This document shows positions 9,556 through 22,400 of a stretch of 64,000 nucleotides of DNA, in pieces; positions within the stretch are counted from its first letter, which is position 1; every line of letters starts with the position of its first letter. Source of the DNA: Candidatus Latescibacterota bacterium (lineage in GTDB: Bacteria; Latescibacterota; UBA2968; GCA-2709665); contig OZ241917.1 of assembly GCA_965203805.1 (NCBI GenBank), forward strand, positions 640,001-704,000, in the 5' to 3' direction. Both the position numbers and the translations under genes were made by a program. Below the pieces are notes generated by a model. The model saw nothing but the letters and a program-made list of their open reading frames with translations, searched no databases and was not told the origin of the DNA.

Positions 9556-9981
9556 CTATCCCCAGGCTTTTCCGCTTGCGCTTCTCTTTTTCTTCTTCAG
9601 ATCGCTTTTCTCGACCAGAAAACCGAGCAGATTCTTGCGTCCGAGGGTTCTGAGATAGGTCAATAGTGAGATTTCGGCTTCCTTTGCGTTGAGCTTGTGG
9701 GTTTCGCACAATTGCTTAATCATCGAAGCCACCGACGTGCGTCCGTTGCACATTTTCCAGACCTGAGAGCCAATCTCATCCAGCACCAGCGTCCGTTTCT
9801 CAGGCACCCAGAAGATCTTGGAAAGGATCTTCACTTTCGTGGTATCCGCACGCTTTAACGTGATCGTGACTTCGTCGTCCTTGTTCGTCTTCCACTCCAG
9901 CCGGTCGTTCCGGGTGGGTTTGGAGTTGAACATCGCCTCCCGGCTGATCTTGGGCTGTTTTTTCGATGAGAACAGGGACAT
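9556..9981 (-). CDS. PqqD/RRE-like family protein
   Basis: LVLDEIGSQVWKMCNGRTSVASMIKQL ... YLRTLGRKNLL matches the PqqD winged-helix pattern. Confidence 0.7.
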   Translation of the reverse strand: MSLFSSKKQPKISREAMFNSKPTRNDRLEWKTNKDDEVTITLKRADTTKVKILSKIFWVPEKRTLVLDEIGSQVWKMCNGRTSVASMIKQLCETHKLNAKEAEISLLTYLRTLGRKNLLGFLVEKSDLKKKKRSASGKAWG

Positions 9982-10029
9982 TCGTATTCCTCTGGTCCGG
10001 AGATGCCAAAGGGACGCGCCCCGGGCGCT

Positions 10030-11055
10030 TCATTCCGAGGGGACGGACTCCCGGTGGCAGATAACGGCGCGCCGGGCATTCTCGATGTCCGGCACATCCT
10101 TGCGTTTCTTGTAGTAGGTGTGTACCGCATAAATCTTGTTGACCTGTCTGCAGGTCCAGACGCGGGCCTCCATGTTCAGGCGCGGTCGCACATTCCAGAA
10201 CGGCAGCGGCATCAGCAGACCCCGCCAGCGGCTTTTCGGTTTTCCACGTAGGCTCAGACCAAAATGGTCTCCAAAGTTGGTCTCACTCGCGTCCAGATTG
10301 ACGTGGCGCAGGTTCTTGCGGAAGAACTCCTGGTACCAGTCGAGAAGGGTCCGATTCTTCAGGAGCATTTCGGCAAGGCTGAGCCGGTCGAACTGAAGGA
10401 TACTCTGGCCTTTCTGGAAACAGAGGCGAAGGTGTCCGGACTTGAGGTCGTAGGTTTCCAGAGAGAACTGCGGAGGCGACGAACAGACGAGATCGTAAAG
10501 CGCCCACGTTCGGTCGCAGTCGGGTGCGGTATCCCGGACGGAGTTAAAAATTCGCCTGATATTGTCTACTGCGTCTTCTTCCAGCTTCGTCCTGATCTTA
10601 ATCAGGAAAAGCCGATCCGACAACATGCTGTAGAAAGCCAGCGCATGGATTCGGTACTCGGCCTGCCAGGCGAAAACAACTGGCGTAACCGCATCGGGCA
10701 ATTCCAGCCATCCCGCATCGGGAGTGCGTTCGACGTCGAGTTTCTTTTTCTCCTTGCGGGCACTCTGGGAGAGTCCATCCACAAAGCGGTCGACGAGTGA
10801 CGCGACCCTCTGGTCGCCGCGGGCGTCCTTCCACTCGATCTCCAGCCTCGCAAGCGTCGGATCGTCGAGGCGGACGCTGCCGGCCTTGAAATCGCCCGAT
10901 ATCTTGCCGGGATTCCACTCCAGCGGGACCTCGACTGTCAGCCCGTGCCATCCGAACAGAGACCAGTCTGAATAACGCAAAGACTTCAAGGGGCGCCACC
11001 CTCGGACGAAAGATTCCGGAATATCGGATGGATAAATATACGTTCCCCGGCACAC
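10030..11055 (-). CDS. Hypothetical protein (start uncertain), co-oriented with the PqqD-like gene
   Basis: 341-aa ORF with protein-like composition and apparent two-fold internal repeat (WSLFGWHGL / WALYDL). Confidence 0.65.
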   Translation of the reverse strand: MCRGTYIYPSDIPESFVRGWRPLKSLRYSDWSLFGWHGLTVEVPLEWNPGKISGDFKAGSVRLDDPTLARLEIEWKDARGDQRVASLVDRFVDGLSQSARKEKKKLDVERTPDAGWLELPDAVTPVVFAWQAEYRIHALAFYSMLSDRLFLIKIRTKLEEDAVDNIRRIFNSVRDTAPDCDRTWALYDLVCSSPPQFSLETYDLKSGHLRLCFQKGQSILQFDRLSLAEMLLKNRTLLDWYQEFFRKNLRHVNLDASETNFGDHFGLSLRGKPKSRWRGLLMPLPFWNVRPRLNMEARVWTCRQVNKIYAVHTYYKKRKDVPDIENARRAVICHRESVPSE

Positions 11056-11220
11056 CTGTCAAGAACTTTATGTTTTAACTAAGTATAGGTTTTGCAATGA
11101 CTTGTATTGAGTCTTCGAGCCGGGATAGCGTGGATTTCAGTTTTCGCGCCTGTTTGTATTCGATCATATATCGGGCAGTTCCCCGGATGCGGCAACCTGC
11201 CGTGCTTCGTAAAACAGTGG

Positions 11221-11249
11221 TTGACGAATGAACTAATGTTCACTATATT
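11221..11249 (+). promoter_or_regulatory. sigma70 promoter of lexA with an overlapping LexA (SOS) box
   Basis: TTGACG-17 nt-TATATT; perfect palindrome TGAAC-TAAT-GTTCA at 11229-11242 in the spacer (GAAC-N4-GTTC type). Confidence 0.8.
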
Positions 11250-11348
11250 CAAATGAGCAGTGCGCGCAATGGTGGTCACTTGCAGATCGGGCGGGACCGG
11301 TTCCTGGCGAACCCTCCCGTATGGCGTTGGTTATTGAGGAGATGTGTG

Positions 11349-11978
11349 ATGCGTCAGAAGCTAACGGACAGGCAGAGAGAGATTTACGAATTTATCGCCC
11401 GGACGATACGGGACGGCGGCGCTCCTCCGACAATTCGCGAGACCATGGATGCGTTCAACATCGCTTCCACCAACGGCGTAAGAACCACGCTGGCCGCACT
11501 CGAAAAAAAGGGCTACATCAGCAGGCGCCCTATGGTGTCCCGAGGTATCGAACTTAAGGACTACGTCGAACGCGAATACCTAGGGGAATCCACGTCGCGA
11601 GAGGTGCCGGTCATCGGGCGCGTGGCTGCCGGGGAGCCCATTCTGGCAACCGAAAATGTGGAGAGTACGGTGGCTGTGGATCGTTCCTTTCTGCCGTCTG
11701 CAGATGTTTTCGTCCTTCGGGTCAAGGGTGAGAGCATGCGGGATGCAGGGATTCTGGATGGAGACTACGTTGTGGCGCGTCATCAGGATACGGCGAATCC
11801 GGGTGAAATTGTCGTGGCGGTGATCGGGGAGGAGGCGACCGTGAAGCGGTACTTCCCCGAAGCCGGCCGGGTACGGCTCATCCCGGAAAACGAGGCGTTC
11901 GAAACCATTGAGGTGCGACCGGGCCGGGATGACTTCCGCATTGCGGGCAAGATTGTGGGCCTGATGCGTCGATTCTGA
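11349..11978 (+). CDS. lexA: SOS repressor LexA
   Basis: LTDRQREIYEFI, PPTIRE, VAAG cleavage site, catalytic Ser (GESM) and Lys (ATVKR). Confidence 0.96.
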   Translation: MRQKLTDRQREIYEFIARTIRDGGAPPTIRETMDAFNIASTNGVRTTLAALEKKGYISRRPMVSRGIELKDYVEREYLGESTSREVPVIGRVAAGEPILATENVESTVAVDRSFLPSADVFVLRVKGESMRDAGILDGDYVVARHQDTANPGEIVVAVIGEEATVKRYFPEAGRVRLIPENEAFETIEVRPGRDDFRIAGKIVGLMRRF

Positions 11979-12006
11979 GGCAACGCAGCGATGGCCCAGG
12001 CGGCAT

Positions 12007-12036
12007 GCCCCCTTGTTTTTCGAGGGGGTTATTTTT
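12007..12036 (+). terminator. Terminator between convergent lexA and dprA
   Basis: GCCCCCT...AGGGGGT stem followed by TATTTTT. Confidence 0.6.
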
Positions 12037-12063
12037 GCGTCTCCGCGGCCCGTGGATCCCGAT

Positions 12064-13176
12064 TCAAACCAGCTTCCGAACAAACCGTTTGCCCGGGAGC
12101 TGCTCCGCAAAGCCGGCCAGTTCCAGGGAGAGCAATGCCGTCAGCGTGTCTGAGGCCGGCATTTCCGTCCGGTCGGCAATGGCATCGATGTGGGCGGGCA
12201 CGTCGACCGAAAGGCACTCTAAAGCCAGACGTTCCGGCTTCGGAAGATTCGCGGGTTCGCCTGCAGGGGGTTCTCGGGTGTATCGCGGCCGGAGTCGTGT
12301 CAGGTGGGGACGGAGTTCATCCAGTATGTCCTCCACCGATTGTACGAGAACGGCGCCCTGCCTGATAAGCCGGTTTGTGCCGCGGCTTCGGCCTGAATGA
12401 ACGGGACCCGGAATGGCGAAGACCTCTCGATTCTGTTCCAGGGCCAGCCGGGCGGTAATCAACGCGCCACTGCGTTCACCCGCTTCGATAACCACGACGC
12501 CGAGGCTGAGTCCACTTATGATCCTGTTACGGCGAGGAAAGTTGTGGGCTTCTGCGGACGCGCCCATCGGGAATTCGGAAATTGCGGCGCCGTTTTCGCT
12601 CACGACCTGCAAAAGATCCTTGTTCTGCGGCGGATACGGCCTGTCCAGCCCGCTTCCCAATACGGCGACGGTGTATCCACGTGCGGCAAGTGCTCCCCTG
12701 TGCGCGTGTGTATCGATTCCGGTGGCCAGTCCGCTGACCACGGTAATCCCGTGGCGTACCAGTTCTCCGGAGATCTGAAAGGCAGTATCCCGTCCATAGG
12801 AAGTGAATGACCGGGAGCCGACGACCGCGACGGAAGGAAGCGCACAGACGTCGATGGTTCCAAGCACATAGAGAATGGGCGGCGGCGCATAGGCCTGACT
12901 AAGATAACCGGGATAGTCAGGGCTCTGTAGAGTCAGAAGGTGAACCCCTGTATCTTCGGCGCGTCGAAGCTGTTCTTCCGCCCAGGACGGGTCGCGTTCC
13001 GTGCGGATGGCCCCGGCGAGTTCGGGGCCGATGCCAGGCACGGAGCACAAGTGTGCGCAGGTAGCCCTCAAGACCTCTCGCGGTGTGCAAAACTGACGCA
13101 GCAACGCGGAGAATGCGACAGGCCCCAGTCCGGACACAGAGTGAAGCGTCAACCAGTCTAGGATATCTTTGGACAT
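12064..13176 (-). CDS. dprA: DNA-processing protein DprA
   Basis: VAVVGSR, VSGLATGIDTHAH, FPRRNRIISGLS, SGALITA, C-terminal winged helix. Confidence 0.95.
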   Translation of the reverse strand: MSKDILDWLTLHSVSGLGPVAFSALLRQFCTPREVLRATCAHLCSVPGIGPELAGAIRTERDPSWAEEQLRRAEDTGVHLLTLQSPDYPGYLSQAYAPPPILYVLGTIDVCALPSVAVVGSRSFTSYGRDTAFQISGELVRHGITVVSGLATGIDTHAHRGALAARGYTVAVLGSGLDRPYPPQNKDLLQVVSENGAAISEFPMGASAEAHNFPRRNRIISGLSLGVVVIEAGERSGALITARLALEQNREVFAIPGPVHSGRSRGTNRLIRQGAVLVQSVEDILDELRPHLTRLRPRYTREPPAGEPANLPKPERLALECLSVDVPAHIDAIADRTEMPASDTLTALLSLELAGFAEQLPGKRFVRKLV

Positions 13177-13419
13177 CTTCTCAGGGAATACCGGTTCGCT
13201 GCAACCAGCGGTGGCCACCCGGGCGAGGTGTATGACGGGTTCGATCTACCTGAAGGCAATAGGCGTGCCAAAAGAAAAACACGCTATTGCGGCGGAAAAC
13301 GCGTGGAAGGGTGAAAGTGGCTTTCAGAACCTGGTGCCGGCTTCGAAAGAATCGTGCAGGAAGGATATTACGGGGAAGGTGAGCGTCTGCGCTATCCGGC
13401 GGGGATTGCCAGCGAGTGA

Positions 13420-14478
<1,059 letters not shown>

Positions 14479-14555
14479 TTACGTCTCCGTCTCCGGGATG
14501 GATGTCGCATGCCGGCGCGGCTTTCCTGCAAACCGTCATGTGCTGAAAGGAGCGC

Positions 14556-15032
14556 TTACGCGAACTTCCCTTTCAGTCGGTCTTCGACCGCAGGCGGCAC
14601 AAATGCCGTCACGTCACCGTCAAATCGCGCGATTTCACGCACAAGCGTGGAATTCAGATACGCATAGTCCAGGCTGGGCATCAGAAAGAGGACCTCCAAT
14701 TGAGGTTCCATCCGGCGGTTGGCAACCGCCATCGCGATTTCCAGCTCATATTCGGTGGTCGTACGAAGACTGCGCACGACGGTGAAAACGCTACATTTCC
14801 TGGCAAAGTCTACGAGCAGTCCGCTGTATTTCATGACTTCCACATTGGGACAGTGGGATGAAACCTCCTGTATCATGCTTACCCGTTCGTCAGGCGAAAA
14901 CAGCGGTTGCTTCTCAGGATTAATGCCCACGGCGACGATCAGCCGGCTGCAGAGTTTCGCCGTTCGTTCGATCAGGTCCAGATGACCGTATGTTACCGGA
15001 TCGAAGGTGCCAGGATAGATCGCCGCGTTCAT
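14556..15032 (-). CDS. coaD: Phosphopantetheine adenylyltransferase
   Basis: AIYPGTFDPVTYGHLDLI, STLVREIA; ATG at 15032 overlaps the upstream stop. Confidence 0.95.
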   Translation of the reverse strand: MNAAIYPGTFDPVTYGHLDLIERTAKLCSRLIVAVGINPEKQPLFSPDERVSMIQEVSSHCPNVEVMKYSGLLVDFARKCSVFTVVRSLRTTTEYELEIAMAVANRRMEPQLEVLFLMPSLDYAYLNSTLVREIARFDGDVTAFVPPAVEDRLKGKFA

Positions 15033-15988
15033 GATTTCTCCTCTTCGAGTGCCATGTGAGCCAATCCGCCTGGAATGCTGAATGCAGATTGGCTCACCAG
15101 AAAATGGCGCTGCGGGTCTGGGAGCGTCTCTGTCGTGCATTTCGAAAAAGGCGCGAGGGTCTCGAGTTTCGGTACCTGCTTCGCCTCAAGATGACGCGAA
15201 AGGGTCGCGATCTGGGCATTCTCGCCACACAACAATACCCGACGATATCCGCCGGACCGGCGTCGGTGCGCCTGGGGGTCTCCACCGAGCCAACGACGTA
15301 TCGTGGCTTCGGTTTTTTCCGCGAACGTTTTATCGTGCGTATGCGTCCCTGCCAACCCGTTATCCTCGTCGGGACGCTCCATGAAGGCAGCCTCGGCTGC
15401 AATCAGGAAATTGGATTCCGCCGCCACAAAATAAATCCAGGGTTGTACAACCATAATACCTGCGATCCGGGACCCGATCCCGTTCTCCGCTAAACGACAG
15501 GCGTGATACAGACCCATGGGCTCGGCTTCCAGCCGAAACTGGTCCACACCAAGGGACACCAGTAATTCAGACCAGAATTCGAAGACCTCCTTGCGGACGG
15601 CAAACCAGTATGCTGTTCGTCCGGAGGCGACGTAATCCACGACGTACCGGTCGATGGGGTCGACCAGAGTCTGCGCTGCCTCCCAGGCGATGTGTTCCAG
15701 TCTGTCGCCGGCAGAAGCCTGTTCCAGCGGTGTTTTCTGCAAATGGAAGAAGCCCCCTCCGGGAGAAATCAGAACGGACCCCGTCGCGTCCTTGACCTCA
15801 TCGAATCCTCGCCGCAGACTCTCACCGATGCATTGCCGGACCTGGGCGGGAACAGGCCACCGGGGAAGCAGGGGCGACGTCAGCCTCGATTCGAAAAGGG
15901 TGCAGAGGCGGTATCCCGCGCGCGTCCGCTCCAGACTCGCCATCCGAAGCAAACCCCCCGAAATTTGAATTCCTGTTGCCCGGTTCAA
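15029..15988 (-). CDS. PilM-like (actin-fold) hypothetical protein
   Basis: N-terminal GIQIS..LRMA, IAWEAAQ..DY, FAVRKE and late LLCGE motifs resemble PilM. Confidence 0.5.
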   Translation of the reverse strand: MNRATGIQISGGLLRMASLERTRAGYRLCTLFESRLTSPLLPRWPVPAQVRQCIGESLRRGFDEVKDATGSVLISPGGGFFHLQKTPLEQASAGDRLEHIAWEAAQTLVDPIDRYVVDYVASGRTAYWFAVRKEVFEFWSELLVSLGVDQFRLEAEPMGLYHACRLAENGIGSRIAGIMVVQPWIYFVAAESNFLIAAEAAFMERPDEDNGLAGTHTHDKTFAEKTEATIRRWLGGDPQAHRRRSGGYRRVLLCGENAQIATLSRHLEAKQVPKLETLAPFSKCTTETLPDPQRHFLVSQSAFSIPGGLAHMALEEEKS

Positions 15989-16371
15989 GGGGTGCTCACC
16001 GTAATTTTCGAACCCAGTCTCTCCACGGTTTTTCTGCCAATCCCCTTTATCCGCGTCAGATCGTCCACGGATTTAAACGGCCCGCGCTGATTGCGGTCGT
16101 CCACAATTCGGCGCGCGGTTTTGGGACCGATCCCCCGCAGCCGGGTCAGTTGTCCGGCTGAAGCCCGATTCAGATCGATCGGGCCGCTGTCCTGCTTCAC
16201 AATCTCGGCCTTGTGCCGGCTTTCGGGAACGGGTACCGCACCCTTTTGGACGTGAAAGTCCGGAATGTCGCGGTCTCCATAGCGCTCTACCAGATTGACT
16301 GCCCCGCCGATCAGCAACGCGGCCGCCAGACCCAGCAACACAACCCGTTCTTTCCGATTGAAGGAAAACAT
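15985..16371 (-). CDS. comEA: ComEA-family helix-hairpin-helix DNA-binding protein
   Basis: N-terminal TM segment; IDLNRAS..LTRLRGIGPKTARRIV..GPFKSVDDLTRIKGIG. Confidence 0.88.
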   Translation of the reverse strand: MFSFNRKERVVLLGLAAALLIGGAVNLVERYGDRDIPDFHVQKGAVPVPESRHKAEIVKQDSGPIDLNRASAGQLTRLRGIGPKTARRIVDDRNQRGPFKSVDDLTRIKGIGRKTVERLGSKITVSTP

Positions 16372-16422
16372 AGAGACTCCGGTATCCATCTTGGGATGAA
16401 ATTGAACTGATGGCGGATGACC

Positions 16423-19400
16423 TCAATTGAAACGAATTTCTCCCCAAACCCGGAATTCCCAGACCCTGTTGTTCAGGTCGCGCAGCTTGTCCTTCCGGTT
16501 CTCGTGGCGAAGACGGGTGCCGCCGGTGAATTTGCTGCTGAACTGGTATTGACCCGCCAGGCTGGCGTGCCAGCGGTCATCGCTCTGGCGCACAACGGCC
16601 TGTTCGGTCTCGGTGGCTTCCGCGTTCCGGGGAATTTCCCTCTTGAGGCTGGTGTTCGTGCCGTATTCGAGCGTCAGGTCCAGGTTGCTTTGCAGTTTAC
16701 TGAAGAACTTGGAACTCAACGAATATCTGAGGGATGCCGTGAACTGGGAGGTCTCGGTGATGGTCGTTCCAATAAGACGCTCCTCCAGCGTTGGCTGTGC
16801 CACGGTGGTGTCCGCAGCCACGTTGCGCTGGTACCGGAGGTCGTTCTGCCGGCTCCGGTTCGTACTGAAATTCGTGTGCATCTTGTTCTTCCACCGGGCC
16901 TGCCATCTGATGAGAGGCCTGAAGTCCGTTCTCCGGGTATCGCTGGTCAGAACGTCGTCTTCGAGACCGCCGTCCCCGCGGAAGATACGGTTTGACTTGT
17001 AATTGAAGTTCACGTTCGAACTGGCGAATAACCACCTCAGGACCGGTAGTTCGCCGAGACCCCGCCACTGCGCGGAAAAACTGGGGAATTCGAGCTTCTG
17101 TTCTTCCGTATTGGCATTGCCGAAACTCCTCACATGATTAAACGTCAGATGGGTATCGCCGCGAAAACCGGCAGGCAGGCGGACACCGCCTTTGAACGTC
17201 GCATTGTCGGTGATGTTTCTGGTATTTACGCGTGAAACGCCCCCGGATCCGTAACGGGGCGATGTCGTGGTGTCGGCCAGGCCGAGTTGAAATCGGATGT
17301 CAGGGCGCCGCCTGAGACCGAAGAGATTGAACGTGCGATTTCGAGTGACATTGGCCTGCACGGCTTCCAGCGAACCGCCGAGCCTTCCGATAAGCCGGAC
17401 GACCGAAAACCCTGTCTGGCCTTTTGACGGACGCGCCAGGGGGCGAAAGAGCCCGGGCAGGTTCAGGCTCAACCGGCCGCCGACGCGGCCGGAGGTGCCC
17501 ACGGTAAGACCTCTGCGTTCGTTGCCGATGGACGTCCGCTGGCCGCCGGTTTCAAGCCGCTCGCGAAATCGGGAGGAATAGACGGTGTTTATGTTGAGCC
17601 ACTTGGATAACCGAGGCGTGAAGTTGAATCCCACCTCCTGATTTCGCGTGGTTTCGCGGCCGAACTGCAGTCTGGTAACATCAAAGGCGTTCCGGAGGTC
17701 CCGGTTCACCGCAATGGAGTAGTTGGCGGTCAGGCTTCTGAAGGGCGTCAGTTTTATAACGAAACTCTCGTTGAGATTGAACGTCTGGTTCAACACGGCA
17801 ATGACGTCGGACGTGTCGCCTTCAACCGCGGAAAAGGAGCGTCTGTTGATGTTCTTCCGATCAAAACGCATGTTGTATCGGAGCGTTGAGGGAAGGTAGA
17901 AGAGCTGGACGCCCTCAAACCTGGAACCCATAATCGGGACCCAGCTCAGGATTCTCACCCCCCTCTGATTGGGCCAGTTGACGTCATAGCTGAAGCTGCC
18001 GTTGAAATTCTGTTCGTTGTTGGACCGGCGACGTGTGATCGCCCCGCTGACCGCGTTGTTGGTCAGAAAGTTCAGAGACGCATTGATCCGGTCGAACAGG
18101 AGCCGGGCGATCCAGCGAGGGTCTCTGTTGGCCCGGCGTTTTCGCATGGATACGTTGAATCGGGACGACGCGCGGACCGCGCTCTCTCTGGACTTCTGCT
18201 GGTCGGTCAGTACGATGTCGGAACCCTGTCGAATACGTGGAACGGACCCGTTACGGAGGTAGTTGAAGCGTACAGGAATGGTGGTGTTCCACCGATCCGG
18301 CAGAAACTTGTTCAGATTGAACGAACTGTTCATGCTGACCTGTGTTGTCGTGTTTCCGGAGGATCGCCCCTGAAGATCCTGAAAGTCGCCGCTCCTGCGT
18401 TCCAGGTTGAGGCTCACGTTGCCCAGATCGGCCAACGTGGTCTGTACGTTTAACAGCATGGAGACGGCATTCTTCTTTCGGATCCGATCGACACGCAGTT
18501 CGTCCAGCCAGATCTCGTTTTCACCCTCCAGGGGAAAGGCTCCGTTATTGGTGACGCCAATCACGAACGACTTGATCTTTGAAAGCGCCGGGTTGCCTCG
18601 AACAGTATACGTGCCGCCGTGCAGGTGCGCGCGTATCTGATCGGCTTCGCTGTCATAGTCGGCAAGGACTTCCACCGTAGGCAGGGAGAGACGCAGGGTG
18701 TCGGACGCCTGCCCGGTGGCCTTCAGGTCCGTGAGTCTACCCTTGATTTGAGAAAGTACATCGAGCTCGATTTTGAATGTATTGTCTTCCGGCGACCAGC
18801 CGCGATAAACGGGCTTTCTGAACTCGTAGAAGTTGAGCGAATCCTCACCGATGGGTGAAAACCTCACGAAGAGCTCGATCGGACTGAAGCTGCCGGTTGT
18901 CGAATCGGGACCGACCGGGAAATTGTCTTCATAGGTGGTGGATGTGGGATTGCCTCCGTGTACGAACATGGTCATCAGACCGTATCGCGTGTAGTTCTGA
19001 CCCTCCGTGAAGGTTCGCGATGCCGACACGCTTTCGCCCGGGTAGAGGTCTTCAAAGCGGAGAACCAGGGACCGTTCCAGGAGTTGCCTTCCGGTTTGCG
19101 GGTCGGTTTCACGTTCGAGGCCCGGCGGCAGTTCATAGACCTGGTTGTCGGTACCGATGGTGGCCACTCTGAAGTCGCCCGATCGTTGGTGTTCGGGAGA
19201 TTCATCCTCGAGCCAGTCGCTGCCCACGGCTGCAAGTGTGTAAATATCCAGCGACGTCGTATCGTCGTGTTCGATCCAGATTCGCGCAAAGTCGAATACG
19301 CCGGCGAAGGTGGTGTCCGGATTGCCTTCGACGCTGCGCGGCGCATTGCTGCCGCGCAACGGGATACGCAACAGCCTCCAGGGACGGTCTGAAGGATCCG

Positions 19401-22400
19401 ACTGGCTGCCTATGACGAGCACCGAGGGCCCGTCGTAAATGCCCGTTGCCGGATTCCAGCCCCGATCGGATGCCAGATTGACGCTATAGTGCAGATAGTT
19501 GTTCCGGGTGTCCAGGATGCCGTTCTGGTTCAGGTCTTCGGAATCCGGCCTCTGTTCCCGTTCCGGATTGTTATTCTGAGTGCCGTTTACACCGGGCGGA
19601 TACCGGAAACGAAGGTCGCCCTGGTCGAAGTCCACGTCCTTGAAGTTGTCATCCGACGGGTCGTCGGGTACGGTGACGCCGGGGAAGATCAGCCTGAAGA
19701 CCGAGTCTTCCTGCGCGTCGGTCAGGCCGTCCAGGCCGATATCCTCTTCAGGAATCGCCACGTCATCTCCCGTAGGAAAACCCGGGAGGGGTTGGTCTTC
19801 GGTACGAAATTGCCCGGGAGGCGGCGGATTAAACGTCGCGTGATCGAGCAGCAGATCGGCCCGTTCAGAGATTTCACCGAGGTCGATGTGCAGCCGGCCC
19901 GAATTACCCCTTATCCAGAGTTCGACAAACTTGGATCGCGAGAAATCCATGCCAAACAGGTACGTCGAAATGCCCGCCCAGGAGTTTTCAGGGAGGCCGC
20001 CGGCAGGATTCCGTGAGGTCACAGGAAAGCCGTTGGTCCGACGCGGCTCGAACCGGATACTGAGAACATCGTCCACAATGCTGTTTTCCACCGGAATATC
20101 GTCTCGCCCCGGCTGTATTTCGTAGATGGAATACCGGTCGCGGTCCACCCGATTATACCAGGTGAGGCGTCCCTTCGGCTCGGAAAGCGGGAGTCCGTTC
20201 CGCGTTGGGCTGCTGCCCTCGGACCAGACGTATTTGAAGGTGGAAACCGTCTTCCTGCTCTCGGCGCCTTCAAAATCGTCGATGTACGCCACGTTTTTGA
20301 CGTTCGGGTTGGGCAGGCTCTGTGCGACTTCCATGTCCACGTTGAATGCCGAGGGCGCCTGGGTGGAAATAAACGGCAGCCTGTTGACGAAGTCGGTGAG
20401 GATCTGCGGTTTGAAACGGAACCTTCCGTTCAAGTCCCAGATCAACGTCCGGGCCGGCTCCTCGCCCACGCGAACCCGCTGAGTCCTGGCACTTTCGCTA
20501 CCGTAGAGCAGGCTCATTCCCACCATGGAAACGTTGTCTCTGAACGGGTGTTCCGCCCGGATGCCGACGAGGCTCTTCTGCCCGCCCCCCAATCCAAATT
20601 GGCCCTTGGACCCGTAATTGATCACCAGGTTGGCGGAGGGATCGGCCGCCAGGTCCGCTGCTTCGCCGACCAACTCGACCTCGCCGTTTTCGTATTCGAT
20701 GAGGTAGTCCCGCCCGCGTGTCAGCCGGCGATTGTTCAGCAGGACCTCCTCGCTGTCTTTGATCAGGCCAAAACCCAGGTAGAACGTCGTGGATCTGTTC
20801 TTCGAACGGATGCGAAGGAAGTACTGTCCCTTTTGCGCTCGCGTGGTGTTATTGGTCGTGTTGTAGATTTCGGGCACCCTCGCGTCGTCCGCCAGCGCCT
20901 CCGCGCCGACTCCGCGTTCGCCAAATGGTTCCAGGTCGGGAAAAACAAGGTGGCCGGTCAGCAGATTGAGTCCGGGCAGGTTCGTGCCGCCGTCGATGTC
21001 GATGAGATTGTCCGGAGGGGAGGACTCCGAGGCGCCGTTGGTGTGTTTGTCCAGGCCGAAGATCTGGAGGAAGGGCGTACCACGCTGGTTGTCAACCGCC
21101 TCCTGACCTGCCACGTCTCTCAGGATCTCCAGTTCAAAACCTTCCGGTTCGATGTCGCGGTCACCCAGGAAGTACACATTTCGCCACGCCAGATCCCAGG
21201 AGGGGAATTCTGGCCGCTGCTGTCGGGCGTGAATGAGTTTCAGTCTGATCTTCGCGTCCGGATTCGAGGGGTCCTGAATGAAATTCAGGTCGCCGAAGAC
21301 GCGCCCGTCGGACGTCCGGTATGCGACCGCAAGCGTATGACCCCGCAGGACTCTCTGGCGGGTCATGATCAGATAGCCCCTGGCGTCCACCAGAAACTCG
21401 GACCGGTCCAGTTCGTGGAAGAACCCCTCTTCGACGCCCCCGCTTTGCGCGCCATTAGCGCCGGCATCGGGCTCCGGAGCAGGTCCGGTCGACCAGAACG
21501 CGTAAGCGATCCCGCGCCCGGCGCGCTGCTCGATGTCGTTGCGGTCGTTGAAGTCGTTCACGAAAACACGTACGGAACCGATGTCCACCAGGTCCTGACG
21601 GGCGGGTTCGTCCGGAAAACTCTGGCGATGCGCGAGGTCGAGAAAGAAGTAACGGTTTTCTTCGTATTCGTAGTCACGTACTCTGTGCGCGACTTCCTCC
21701 GCCTGACCCTGGTAGGATTTCCGGTTGCTTGCGCCCCGGTCGTGGCTTGTAACCACCGTCACGTCCAATCCGCCCAGACGTCCGCGGCCCTTAAGGCCGA
21801 ACAGACCGCTTCGATTGGACGAACTGAAGCCGACCAGACGGGTGCCGGGCAGGCTGAGCGACGTCCGGCCCGCCTCGATCTCCTGGATAATGTCGTCTTC
21901 GTCTCCGTCGTACCGGAATTGGAGCGATTCACTGATATCGGATTGACCGCGGCTGTCCTGCTGGAGGTTCAGCGTAATGCGGTCGCCGATGGTGCCCTGG
22001 ACATTCAGTTGGGATTCCTGCTCGAAATTGACGGTGAAGCCCTCGGCCGCCCTTGCGCGTACGGTCTGCGCCTGTCCGCCCACCGTGGTGTTCAGGCCGG
22101 ACAGATCGATGCGCCGCGATCCGGTAATCTTGATATTGGTGTCGCCTTCACCGGTAATGACACTCAGCGCCTTGGGTACCTTGACGGGAATCTTGATATC
22201 CACCAGCGCGCCGCCGGCGCCCCGCCGTGCCCTCACGGGCAGGCTCAGCGTTGCAGCGGCCACGCGACCGAAATCCGCGTCGAATTTGTACGCGGACAGG
22301 CCCTTCAAGGTGATGACGGCCGGTATGCCGTGGACGACGTCGCCGCTGGCGCGATAGACCATCAGCGTGCCGGTCCCTGTACTGAGCAGCCGGGTCACCG

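Noticed and set aside
9229-9709. Cys/Ala-rich short ORFs (e.g. PAQCPAQCP) as RiPP precursors next to the PqqD-like gene
   Set aside because: They are translations of the MITE and nested palindromic repeats, open on both strands.
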